This document shows positions 52,294-64,000 of a stretch of 64,000 nt of DNA, in pieces. The notes beneath the pieces are model-generated. The model was not told the origin of the DNA. It saw only the letters and a program-made list of their open reading frames with translations, and did not search any database. Made by a program: the position numbers and the translations under genes. This stretch comes from Enoplolaimus lenunculus (Eukaryota), in NCBI GenBank assembly GCA_030248215.1, contig JASANG010002214.1, forward strand, positions 310,001 through 374,000. The letters are read 5' to 3'. The number at the start of each line of letters is the position of its first letter. Position 1 is the first letter of the stretch.

Positions 52294-54753
52294 TACCCTT
52301 AATGTTAAGTGTGTATGTGTTGTTGGAGTCTGTGACATTAATTTCTAGTGTAAGACGTGTCACAAAGAAGTTTGTGACCATGACTATGGTCGGGTTATAA
52401 ACCAAAAATTTGTGTTAAGGTGGGGTTAACAAGTGCCAATTTTAAAAATTAACATTCGATATCCCCAGGGCAAGTCGTTCTCAGGGTCTTTCTTACTGCA
52501 TTGTGTTATTGTGAACGCTGCATTACTAATTGCTAATTTTGCAAAGCTAAAAATAAAAATATTTCTATTAAGTTGAATTTAAGACGATAAGTATCATTAG
52601 GCTTACACTTAGGGCGGATGCAGGTGCGTTTATTGGGTGGCCTCGTGTAGGGATGCCTACACGCGGTGACATATACATGGAATTAACCAGAAAAAACTTG
52701 AACAACCAATCCTAGCGTTCCATAGAATAGGTACCCTGCAGTGGTCAAAATAATATTCGTCTCCCTTCTTCTATGCTTACGGGCAAAATAAACTTAAAAT
52801 TGGAATATTTCCTCACGAAATAAAATCATGCTGGCACCCCAGAGCCCTTACACCCCCGTTTATGTTAAGCAAAAAATTTGCTAAAAAAATTGAAAACTGT
52901 AATACTCGTAGCTTAATTTTTTACTTCTTTATGCTTTCATGTTTAGCATATTTGTTGAATTTTCACTCAGCCTGGTTTCGTAGATCCCATACCTGTGTGA
53001 CGAGCACCTGAATATATTTCTAAATCCATATCCCGGGTTTAGGTGCCAATATTGGATTTTGCCGCGTTGCGGTTCCTAAATTTAGATATCGGGTTGATGA
53101 CAAACCTGAACCAAAACTTAGAGCTTTATATTGGGTTACTGATTATAGTCGAAGCATTTCGGATTGCCAAAAAACTGATTTGACGAAATATTTTGGCCAC
53201 CTGTGTATCTAAAATCGACCACAAACAGTGTGTTTTTTGAGATTTCGGCTAGCAAGATTTAGAATAATTTGGCTGGATTGTTGTGAGTCCGGAAATATTT
53301 GTACACTCGCAACGTTTGATTACTAAAAAATTTTCGAATAAAAGTTATACCCTACCGAAATGAAAAAATTCTGGCTACTACCATTTGGGGCGGACCTTAG
53401 TCCACACCACAGTTTTCCTGGGTTTGTAATACTTTGCAATGGAGCCAGCAAATCCGTTTTTGCCATTTTTAAATGCTACAAATCCATGGATATTGCAACT
53501 GCAACAGTGTAAGAATGGTATCGCAGTGGTGACAGTAATCTGTATGTAATTACAGTGCTTTTTTCTGCAACATTTCTTTACGTCTTTTTGTAATATTTTG
53601 CAATAAACCCCACAACAGACACAATATCATCATGTATCATTTCATTCGTCAAAATTGACAGATTCGTTTGAAAATTTGAATTTTTTCGTCAAAATTTTTT
53701 TGAGAGAATCTTCAAAATGAAAATTAAAGTGTCTATAAATCGGATATATTACAACGCAATGGATGAGAAATAAAATAGTTTTTCTTCTAAGTACTACGTT
53801 TTTGTCTGATATTTTGCAGGAAATTGGATACGACTCGATATATTTCTTTCTACTTATAAGTAGGGATGTGCCGATACCAAAATTTTTGCTGACGCCGATG
53901 CTGACATTAGTTCACCATGCTTAACAAACAGATAACGATTATAATTTTATAAAACCGGTTCATTTAAATTAATTTTTTCAAACACAAACGCAAGAGAGAT
54001 AAGTTTTCCTTACCAGGCACACTGATATGAGCCCAGAAACGAAATTGATAGCATTCAAACTGACTATTATATGCAAAAAGTATTAGCAAAGAATCGGTAT
54101 TTTTTCGCAGTGCCGATGCCGATTAATCGGCACATCTGCACTAAATACTGTATATAATGTGAACTGGAACCGAATTTTTGATTAAAATTGTAAAAAATTT
54201 AGCAAATGATAAATTTATTAGTGAAAGTATTATTACATGAAGTTCAAGACACGAAATTGTAAAAAATTTAAATTCCTCTGCTTAAAGGATAACTAATACC
54301 TTATGTGCGTGTGTCAGCTTAGATAACAAATGTTAACGCTGCAGTTATCTTTAAACTCCGATTGTCCCCTAACTGGACGAAGGGAAATTTAAACTGAAAG
54401 CAGCAAATTAGGCATCGAATTGAACTGAGTTGGATGCTTAAGCGCGTATTCAGAGGCCTTCGCAGAACATTTTTTATTCAACGTCTCTAGTTAGGGCCCG
54501 TTGTTTAATACAAAATTTTAGTTCTATGTCAGTGCGGCGTGTGGAGTATCCGAATCCTGTATGAGAAGCTATCGCCTGGGTGGTCTACTTGTTTTGATCC
54601 TTCAGTACACAGTTTGCATCTGAGGGATGTAGAACACTATTTATTCACCTTTATATAAGTAGAAATAATTTATCTCTGCGTATATTTGTTTTGCCATGCT
54701 TGTCTGAGCTTCCCGTTCAGTCTCAGAACATTCTACTGCTCAAGCGTGCCACT

Positions 54754-55055
54754 CAGGCCCGTAGTCAGCTCACCTTGCTAGGGGGGCTAAAAATTTTCAG
54801 GTGGGGCATTCAAGGATTTTCGATGAGTTATGAGCAATTGAAAATTTTCTAGGGGCCCATAATTTTTTCAGGGGGCTCAACCCCCCCCTTGGCTACGGGC
54901 CCGGTCTCCCTAATGAGACAGGACTTATCCACCCTGGAAAATGTAGCCCCCCTCTGGCAAATTTTCAACCTTGCTTGTAAGTCAACGAAAAACCTTATAT
55001 GCCCCTTCCGGAAATTGTTTAGTTTCTTTAGCCAGGTGAGCTGGCTACGAGTCTG
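54754..55055. mobile_element. Two adjacent family D copies in opposite orientation
   Basis: Full copy at 54754-54903 (CAGGCCCGTAG...CTACGGGCCCG) and a partial inverted copy at about 54927-55055. Confidence 0.78.
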
Positions 55056-55845
55056 TGCGCAACTGGGTGCGACTGGATATTAATATACCGGTACCAAATA
55101 TAGATATTGAATTTTTACCTGAACAGGAACCACCTACCGGATATTGTATATATATGTTAAAATAATTTATTTTTTCGATGTATTTTTTGTGTGCTCAAGG
55201 TTTTCGTCTGCTATAAAGATCATACTTTGCTGCTGATAAACCTGAAATTATTTAATGCCAAAATGCATTTAACTCTCTCACTGCCTTACATAAGCTAAAA
55301 GTAGCTGAAAACGCATTAAAACTTGAACTTCTTGACTTGCCCAGAAACGTAATTGCAGCAAAATGTTAAAGCAATCTTTTGTAAAAAAGCAGTTTATTGA
55401 AATTTGGTACGAAACCCGTAAATATCCCGGTTCTGGTAGGTTTATACCGGAACCGGATACGGATATCAGTTTTTGCCGGATATTAAACCGGAACCGTTTA
55501 AATTTTTCATTTTTGAGACACACGGCAAGGGTTCCCTAACATGAGGGTCCTGAGGGCGCAGTATTGCTGGCCAACTTGGTACGTGAGCAGTTTTACTATT
55601 TTATATCCGTTTTTGCTAAAGATTACACAATACGTTTTATTTGCTCAGCGCTTGCTTATCCGTTGTTTTGCTTTAAGTGCTTACAGTATTATACACTGAG
55701 CGTCTTAGTGTTTGCCGTCAAATTCTTTTGAAGCTTTATTTCTTAAAATTGTTAAACCTTAAATTCAACGGTTACATCATTATATACTGTCATCAGTTTA
55801 GCAGCCCGTCAAGGTGTAGTTTACGCCGACTTAGCCAACCGGCGT

Positions 55846-56020
55846 CAGGCCCGTAGCCAGCTCGCCTTGCTAGGGAGGGGTGCTGAAAACATTTTAGAAG
55901 GGGCATTGAAACGTTTTCAATGAGTTACAAGCAAGGTTGAAAACTTGCTAGGGTTGGGCGAATATTTTTCCACGGGGGACCGAGCCTACCCCCCATGGCC
56001 CCCCCTTGGCTACGGGCCCG
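55846..56020. mobile_element. MITE family D inserted into the end of a foldback element
   Basis: CAGGCCCGTAGCCA / TGGCTACGGGCCCG, with flanks ACCGGCGT/GTCGGCGT. Confidence 0.85.
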
Positions 56021-56575
56021 GTCGGCGTTTGCCCAAAAATATTTGGATTTTGAATGTGTTTGCATATTTGAGCTTCTCATGACCTCCCTTGATCATTTTT
56101 ACGTCTAAATTTGATTTTTTTGAAAAATTCTGTTTTCAAGGTCCCATGGTTCCGTCCTTGGGACCCAAAACTATTTTTTGTCAAAAAAAGTTGATAAATT
56201 ATACGCCATTCTATGCAGCTTGCGGAACTGAGCCTGTTCGGTGTTAAATTTTTTTTGTAATTAGATGATTGGTTAACGAATTATGGTCAAATAACTCGTT
56301 CGGAGCCGTCACAAATCGTTGGCTGCGCGCCAAATCAATAATTTTGCAGCAACGTTCAAATCAGCTTCGCAAGCGGCATCGAATGGCGTATAAATTGTCA
56401 AACATTTTGGCGAAAAAGTTTTCGGGTCCCAAACGAAAACCTTGGGACCTTAAAAAACGAATATTTCAAAAATTCAAATTTAGGCGTCAAACGATCAGAC
56501 GAGGAGGTCATGAGAAGCTCAAACATGCAAAAATTTTTCAAAATCAAAACATTTTTTGCGCAAACGTGGGCTGGC
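56021..56575. repeat. Diverged long inverted repeat (foldback MITE), arms about 220 bp
   Basis: TTTGAGCTTCTCATGACCTCC pairs with GGAGGTCATGAGAAGCTCAAA; TTATACGCCATTC pairs with GAATGGCGTATAA; AAGGTCCCA pairs with TGGGACCTT. Confidence 0.85.
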
Positions 56576-58928
56576 AGTGGAAATAATGGAAAAGACCCGT
56601 TTGTTAAATAGCGATTATCCACTCTTGGTTATACTTAAACTCCACACAACGTCGTTAAGCTGTTTGTTGGATGGCGTTGTTTCCATGATAACTTAACCGG
56701 TAATGGGCTGTTGGCGAAACCCTTATCCTTGTAAAGACTCGCCGACTAGACATAGACCATTTATCGCACATCTTTGTGCTTAACCTTCGGTATAGGGTTC
56801 TGTTTCGGACACACTGTCTGGCGAAAAATTGTCATATATTAATAAGCACCAACAAATACTGTAACATGATTTTTGGGCTCATGCAAAATAAAACAAACAT
56901 CTGTCTTCATAACTCGACCTTATTTTTCACTATGTTTATACTCAAACAAGACGTACTCGACGTTTGATTTGCCGCGCAGTCGAACGGAAAAATAGTTTTG
57001 ATATCGGGAAAACATAGAGAGGCGGGGTAACGTTTAGTCACAGATATGGATCAAGAATGTTCTGCCGAAGGGACGGACTGTACGATATATTTGGAAAGAA
57101 AATTAGATAGCTAATCGACCAAGAAGCCAAACGCAATTTGAGTAACTCAACTTTAATACAAATTTTTGTGATTTGATCGCTTGTTGACGGGTGGGTACGG
57201 CCTTAAATGTGGTCCGCATTTGGATCCGCCCAGTCTGATTTGACGTTGGTTTTAATTGTATTCATATCGGTCAATAAAATCATTCGCTGAGCGGACGGTC
57301 AACAGAGTATGCAACAATATATCAGCAGCCTCAACGTTTCTTTTTGTTACTAAATAAATTTTTTCAGAGTCCGTTATTACAAAAAAAACCGTAATTTTCC
57401 GCGACGAAAGTCAAACTTTGTGTATGCGTTCTATTGTTGCGCTGATTTTTGAGGGTCTTGTGTTGTTTCCTGTACGAATTCGCTGACGCGTCCAAGGGGG
57501 TCGGCTTAAACCGTGACTCTGGCTACTTACAATGGGATCAAAAACCAAAAGTTTTTTGTTAAGATTTAGTACTAAAATTGTGGTTTGGCTTCTCGTTCGC
57601 TTTCGTCGGTGGCTTATTTTACTGTTATAATATCGCGGCCGGACGAATGAGAACGTTTTTGAATCGGCCACTGTATCAATCGTAATAGGGTCGATGCAGG
57701 TAGACATTTCATGTGTTTTTGTAGTATGATCGACAAAATTGTAGCGCTAACGTTGACTTGTATATACGAAATGCGACCTGTACTTATACTTAAGAGTGAC
57801 CGGCAACATGTTTAGATTAGATTGCTTTCGAAATCAAGCTTATAGTTGTTGTCTGAATGAGTGAACAAAGAGGTTAAACGGCTTTTGTACGGTTTCTCAA
57901 CTTATTTTAGCCTAAGCCTAAATCTTGTCTAATCTGAAAATATAAATCTATCCTAAAGCCTTAATAATGCCATAAATTTGAATATTTGACCAATTGTGGT
58001 AAACGAAGCATACGACAGCCTTTAAACTTTCACAGTCTGTGAAATTACCCCCATTTATTTCGTTTGAGGGTTAGCAAATTATTTTTGTGGTTTTTTTATT
58101 TCAACCGGTTCGTGTGGGGACCCTTTTAGGGGTGCCCCCCCAGATGGGTGGCTATGCGGGGTGCCTGTTCCGGCCCTGTGTCTCATCCTGTTAGTGTTTG
58201 CCTAAAATGGTTGGGTTTTGAAAATTTTAATTTAAATTTAGCATTACTTTTTCCTGATATGTTTTGAACGACAAATTTGAAGTTCTTAAAAATTGAATTT
58301 TTGAGATACTCTACGTATCTCTCATACATAGGGACTGAAAATATTATTGACTTTTGTCCATTATTCGTACACTTTATATTCCAATCAGTGCATGCGGGTT
58401 CGCTAAGCAGAATGGTGTTAACGTTTTCGTCGATGGGACAACTTCTTCATGAGATGTGGTCAAAAAATAATTTCGCTAAATTACTAAACCGTAGCCAGTG
58501 GGTGAATTTGGCCGATTTTTTGCAAAAGAATTTTTCATTATACTAAGGTGGTACTTTAAGACCTCAAATTTTTGACTTCTCTCAAAAATCAGTTGTTATG
58601 TTCTGGAATGTTCAGGGGAAATAGGAAACCAGCGGCAGCATGCAGGTGTACAGCTATTTAAAGTTCTAACTCAACCGCTGTTGAAGAGTTGCAACGGGAT
58701 CACTATATAGCTGACCCGTGATCTGTTTAACCAACGACCCTTGGCTTGATTCAAATCGCAACCAAAAGACGGCAAAATAATGGATGTCCTTATACATATG
58801 AAGTAATTAAAAACAAATTGATCTGGGATCCTGATGGACTAACCTGTGTCACGCTGACCAGCTTCTAACTCTGCGCTCTTGTATACTTCTGCCGCACAGC
58901 TTTTCGAAATTTTCAGATTCGTCACTCT

Positions 58929-59129
58929 GGCCCATATAAAGATCAGGGACGGAACGTTTTCCTGCTGGGTTAGAAAATAGTAAGCTTAAGCTTTAGACTA
59001 ATTTTTTGCTTGGCTTAACCTAGGGTTTAGGCGTAGGCTTAGGAATATGTTCATTGTTTACGCTTAGCTTAGGCTTAGGCTTTAGAATACGCTTATAATA
59101 CTGTTCCGCCCCAGTTCTTTACATTGGCC
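58929..59129 (+). mobile_element. Telomere-repeat MITE family A
   Basis: Full TIRs; flanks GTCACTCT/GTCACTCC. Confidence 0.88.
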
Positions 59130-59800
59130 GTCACTCCTTATGCTTGAGACTCACGCTTTACGGTCGGGACAACACGGGATGGGGTCATTACTACAATTGA
59201 AAATATATTTTGAAACATATAAAACATTCTATGCTATCAAAATTTTCGTTGGTTTCATAAGAATACTTGCCCCCTCCCTTGCTCCCATTCTATTACGAAC
59301 TCCGCGATTGTGGTGCTGTGTTTAAGTACGTACTCCAGTATCAGTATTGAAAATCGACGGACATACGCGTATATCTTGTATATTCCACACACTTCAAAGC
59401 TATCATGACACTAATTCGAACTCATGTTTTAAGTGTCGTTAAAGAATTTAAAACTCTTAAGTGCAGTTTTGTAGTTGAAACAAAACGAAAAAAAATGGTT
59501 TCTACAAATCGGTCGGAAATTTTTTGTTTTTTTGGTGTTCGAATTTACACACTCGTATAATTTCAACAAGAATTAATAGTCTGCAGTGGAGGATTTAGAA
59601 TTTTCTGACGAGGGGGGCACACGTGACAATGGTAAAAAGAACGCGAGCCAGCGAAGCGAGTCTCATGCCAGCTGCAATATTAATAGTTAATCTTAATACA
59701 AACTTTAGTGTTTTGATCCCTGTTTTGGCTAATCATAGCCTGGTTAGACGCTATTAAGATCCGTTTGTGCGGACTTGATTTGTGTTTTTGTGTTATCCTT

Positions 59801-59979
59801 GAAAAAATGTTGCAAAATTGGAAAAATGTTGCAAAATTTGAAAAAATGTTGCGAAATTTGAAAAAATGCTACAAAATTTGAAAAATGTTGCAAAATTTGA
59901 AAAAATGTTGCAAAATTTGAAAAAATGTTGCAAAATTTGAAAAAATGTTGCAAAATTTGAAAAAATATTGCAAAATTTG
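59801..59979. repeat. 20-bp tandem repeat GAAAAAATGTTGCAAAATTT, about 9 units
   Basis: Read directly. Confidence 0.92.
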
Positions 59980-60240
59980 TACCAGTAGTAGTATTATTGT
60001 GCATTTATAGCATTATTTTTGAGACTCGAACGTTAAAAATTGATTTTTGTACAATATAATTTGTTTAAATGTTTGAATACAGATTTAGGGATTTTGTTGT
60101 TGTTTGACAGCAAAATGTGTTTATTCCTTGTTGAAGTGAAATCCCGGTTACACTCCTGTAACCTGTTGACATACATACATCTTTTCAAAACACAATATGT
60201 GCATCATGCGACCGAATACTTATATACCGAATATACCGTA

Positions 60241-60490
60241 TAACCGGAACCGAAGCCGAGTAGCGAATTTTCAACGGAACCGGATGTTGGATTTTTCACA
60301 TAACCTGAACCGAAGCCGAGTAGCGAATTTTCATCGTAACCGGATGTTGGTTTTTTCACACAACCGGAACCGAAGCCGAGTAGCGAATTTTCAACGTAAC
60401 CGGTTGTTGGATTATTTGGATTATTCACATAACCGGGACCGAAACCGAGTAGCGAATTTTCAACGGAACCGGATGTTGGATTTTTCACAT
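60241..60490. repeat. 60-bp tandem repeat x4
   Basis: Unit TAACCGGAACCGAAGCCGAGTAGCGAATTTTCAACGGAACCGGATGTTGGATTTTTCACA. The third unit has a 9-bp addition. Confidence 0.92.
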
Positions 60491-60973
60491 TTCCTGCGTA
60501 GTTTTGCTTTAATTATAATACATCTGCATACAATATGTTTAAAGCTTATAAATTGGCGTTGTTCCGCACCCCGTAGAAGTTTCAAGGCTTGTTCCCCTAT
60601 CTTGTCTGGTTAGTTTCATAAACCATATTTGAGACAAATTGGTTGATTTTGTTATTAATTGAAAATAATAAATTTTTGTACATATACCACTAAAGCAATA
60701 TCGGTTCAGAGTAGAAAAGACGCACAGGATAACGTAGTTTCAATTTATTTAAAAATGAAATTTTTCCAAAAAGATTGGGGGAGCGGGGACCTGAGTCCCC
60801 TTGGCATCTCCTCTGGTTACGCCCCGGCCTATACACCACAGCACATTGAACGCTTTTAACGGTTCAGCCTTCGTACAGTTGAAACGTACCAAATGTCATC
60901 ACAATTTTAATTCAATATTCCTGACCCGTTTTGTATTTGACTATGTTACATAATTGGTTTAGTTTGGTTTTAG

Positions 60974-61039
60974 GCTCCTACTAATAGATCATTGGGTATT
61001 TATATCAAGAAGGTCATTCCAAACAGTCCCGCTGATCAA
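60974..61039 (+). CDS. afd-1: Afadin-like PDZ exon (APTNRSLGIYIKKVIPNSPADQ)
   Basis: TTTTAG acceptor, CAA|GTAAGT donor, phase 0-0. LGIYIKKV matches the afadin PDZ LGIYVKSV strand. Too short to appear in the ORF track. Confidence 0.92.
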
Positions 61040-62059
61040 GTAAGTATTTTTTGCTGTCGGCCAACTTTCAGATGTTTTAGTTATCATATTGATTCGGGTT
61101 AAGGGACACATCTGGATTTGGCCCAAAATTGAGTATCAGTTGGCAGGTAGCTAGCTTTATGTCATACAGGATTTGTTATAAATTAGACGGTACTTAAACT
61201 TTAATAATAGTGCAGGACTGATTAAAAGCATAGCTGTGACTCTTGTTACACATTCTCCGCATTTTCCGGATGCGGATTATGGTTTGTGGATAACATAGGG
61301 CTTACTATTAGGCGTAGGATTTGGCGTAAGCTTGTGGGAAGTGTACAAGAGCCAAAACAGCTGCACTACATTTTTTTATTAAAAATATTTAAAACACCTT
61401 TCACGCCATGAATTGTGTTGTTTAATTTTGCAAGCCGGCTTAAACTGAATTGTTTCAAATTGTATTAATAATCAAAATTTTTTCAAATTTAACATTTTTT
61501 CAAAAATTTAGCAAAAAATTCGCATGCTCATATCCTGCCCTGTTCAGCTACTTTAGTTTTCAAAGCATTGCCGTCGTTTTCGTCAGTTCGTGAGTAAATG
61601 GTCATACTTGTTTTGTGAATTGTAGTTGAAATTCCGTGCTTTAAGCGGGCATAAGCTATTTGTTTGCTGTCCACACGCCACGCATTAGGCTGTCACTGGT
61701 TTTTCTGGACTCAAACCGCTAGGCGAACGCTGTGTGTAGACAGTGAACAAATGGTTATTTTAACAAATACTGTAATTGTCCTTCACGTTACAGTTTATCT
61801 TATTCCTAAGCCTAAGCCGAAATCTAACCATAAGTCTGATTTGCGAGTTCATTATGTGCGCTCGAGAGCTTTTGGGAACGGGAGAGTGAGTTATACAGTA
61901 TCCGCAAAAGTAATCTAGGTTGCTTCTGCGTTTTTTGGTTCATCAGTTTACCAGTGAAATAATTAAACGGATACTAGCAACACCGGATATATTTTAGTAA
62001 CAAAGGATGGCGGAGGGCGGGTTGAAATTAAATAACAGTCCTTAACCAAATAACCAAGT

Positions 62060-63022
62060 GTACTCTCTGGATAGGCCAAATAAATATCAGTCCCCCCTCG
62101 CATTTAATTCGGGTCACTACAGTAGCTAAGAATCGGAAAAATACACGTACCTTCTGGATAGGCCAAATAAATATCAGTCCCCCCTCACATTTAATTCGGG
62201 TCACTACAGTAGCTAAGAATCGGAAAAATACACGTACCCTCTGGATAGGCCAAATAAATATCAGTCCCCCCTCGCATTTAACTCGGGTCACTACAGTAGC
62301 TAAGAATCGGAAAAATACACGTACCCTCTGGATAGGCCAAATAAATATCAGTCCCCCCCTCGCATTTAATTCGGGTCACTACAGTAGCTAAGAATCGGAA
62401 AAATACACGTACCCTCTGGATAGGCCAAATAAATATCAGTCCCCCCTCGCATTTAGTTCGGGTCACTACAGTAGCTAAGAATCGGAAAAATACACGTACC
62501 CTCTGGATAGGCCAAATAAATATAAGTCCCCCCTCGCATTTAGTTCGGGTCACTACAGTAGCTAAGAATCGGAAAAATACACGTACCCTCTGGATAGGCC
62601 AAATAAATATCAGTCCCCCCTCGCATTTAATTCGGGTCACTACAGTAGCTAAGAATCGGAAAAATACACGTACCCTCTGGATCGGCCAAATAAATATCAG
62701 TCCCCCCCCTCGCATTTAATTCGGGTCACTACAGTAGCTAAGAATCGGAAAAATACACGTACCCTCTGGATAGGCCAAATAAATATCAGTCCCCCCTCGC
62801 ATTTAATTCGGGTCACTACAGTAGCTAAGAATCGGAAAAATACACGTACCCTCTGGATCGGCCAAATAAATATCAGTCCCCCCCCTCGCATTTAATTCGG
62901 GTCACTACAGTAGCTAAGAATCGGAAAAATACACGTACCCTCTGGATAGGCCAAATAAATATAAGTCCCCCCTCGCATTTAATTCGGGTCACTACAGTAG
63001 CTGAGAATCGGAAAAATACACG
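62060..63022. repeat. 87-bp tandem array, 11 near-identical units, derived from a family F transposon end plus flank
   Basis: The marker CATTTA recurs at 62101, 62188, 62275, 62363, 62450, 62537, 62624, 62713, 62800, 62889 and 62976. Each unit contains TTCGGGTCACTACAGTA, as at 10092-10108. Confidence 0.95.
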
Positions 63023-63083
63023 CAGTATCGAGCAGGTGCCACAAGCTATTCTGGTGTATATTAAGGTCAAATTTGCATTTTAG

Positions 63084-63157
63084 GACGGCCGCTTACAAAG
63101 TGGTGATCAGTTATTAGCTGTTAACGAACATAACCTATGTGGCATATCGCAGGAAAC
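63084..63157 (+). CDS. afd-1: Afadin-like PDZ exon (DGRLQSGDQLLAVNEHNLCGISQE)
   Basis: CATTTTAG acceptor and AC|GTAAGT donor (phase 0-2). DGRLxxGDQLLxV is the canonical afadin PDZ segment. Confidence 0.93.
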
Positions 63158-63678
63158 GTAAGTTTCTTTGGCATAGTTTGCGTCAACACCAATTAGCACA
63201 ATTTTCTAGTGATCTACGACGCAGCATCAAAAGTAGATCGGGTGTGTTTATTAGAAAATGAGCTAATAAAATTAAAATTTTAATCACATTTTATTGTTTT
63301 TTTTACACCAAAATACGCGTTGGAAATCGTCAAAACAATTATAAAGTCGAATGTTATTCCTGAACTCAATAACTGTGCATTATAGAGCTTTTTTAAATGC
63401 TGTTAGAATCGTTTTCTAGAGTGTTCGCAAGCTATATATAGGGAATTGATTAAAATATTTTTTACCAATTTTATGTAAAATATTAACTAATAATTCAACT
63501 ACTGTTTACTGATACGTCAACTACCTTCATCCCGACAGCTTATAGGGTAGACAATTCGCTAAATATGATGCTCTAAAGGTAAATTATATCAAACGATTCT
63601 TCGAACTAATAAAAAACAAGCGAAATCGTAGTTGTTTTTAAACGATATTTCTCTAATTTTAATTTCTACTTGTTTCAG

Positions 63679-63815
63679 CGCAGCATCTTTGATGTCAAAT
63701 ACTGGTCCTGTGGTCAAATTTACGGTGCTTAAACGTTCTGCGTTCTACAACGGAGTTGCACAAAATCTTACCTACGCTGAGTTGGCCGATCGCAACTCTG
63801 GTACTAAACAGCAGA
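63679..63815 (+). CDS. afd-1: Afadin-like exon: end of PDZ plus downstream (AASLMSNTGPVVKFTVLKRSAFYNGVAQNL...)
   Basis: TTTCAG acceptor, phase 2 (AC+C=Thr). Resembles afadin AAELMTRT..VVTLEVAKQGAIYHGLA. Probable donor GTAAGC at 63816; the gene continues beyond the window. Confidence 0.9.
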
Positions 63816-64000
63816 GTAAGCGCCAGCTGGTATATAAATGTTACTGACTAACTTATCTGATCAGTTCATCCGCCCAACAAACTGAGGCATTTGTTGGTAT
63901 TTCCTGCTGCCACACTAATTTGATTGAAACCAAAAGTCGCTATCACCACATTATTGTTAATTATTTTCTTGAAATTGATCTTAGAGATAGGCTTACACTC

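Noticed and set aside
60197..60613. 138-aa ORF with RNRSRVANF repeats
   Set aside because: It is a translation of the 60-bp tandem repeat.
62060..63022. CRISPR-like array
   Set aside because: Units are near-identical along their whole length with no unique spacers, there are no cas genes, and the unit derives from a transposon end in a eukaryotic intron.
62028..63070. Minus-strand ORFs with repeated GLIFIWPIQRVRVFF
   Set aside because: They are translations of the 87-bp array, broken by C-run length changes.

Overview
This is eukaryotic, AT-rich, repeat-dense genomic DNA, not prokaryotic. It is probably from a nematode, inferred from abundant TTAGGC telomere-type hexamers and TTTCAG/TTTTAG acceptors. 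Most of the window lies in introns of one + strand gene encoding an afadin (AF-6/canoe/afd-1)-type PDZ protein. Four phase-compatible exons (51797-52042, 60974-61039, 63084-63157, 63679-63815) splice into a complete afadin-like PDZ domain. Upstream are several candidate alternative N-terminal exon sets: 437-647 plus 1219-1424, a 341-codon polyQ exon at 46150-47172, and possibly 37770-37865. No RA, FHA or DIL exons are visible in the window. The introns are full of short non-autonomous DNA transposons (MITEs) with readable TIRs and TSDs, of hAT-like, PIF/Harbinger-like and Tc1/mariner-like types. The most notable are at least three GG-terminated MITE families with 8-9 bp TSDs that carry telomere-type TTAGGC repeats internally (about 20 copies). 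Also present are a decayed Penelope-like GIY-YIG fragment, a tRNA-derived element, two long inverted repeats and several tandem arrays. One array (87 bp x 11) is visibly amplified from a transposon end. Almost all ORFs in the supplied track are repeat artefacts. All calls were made by eye; no searches were run.
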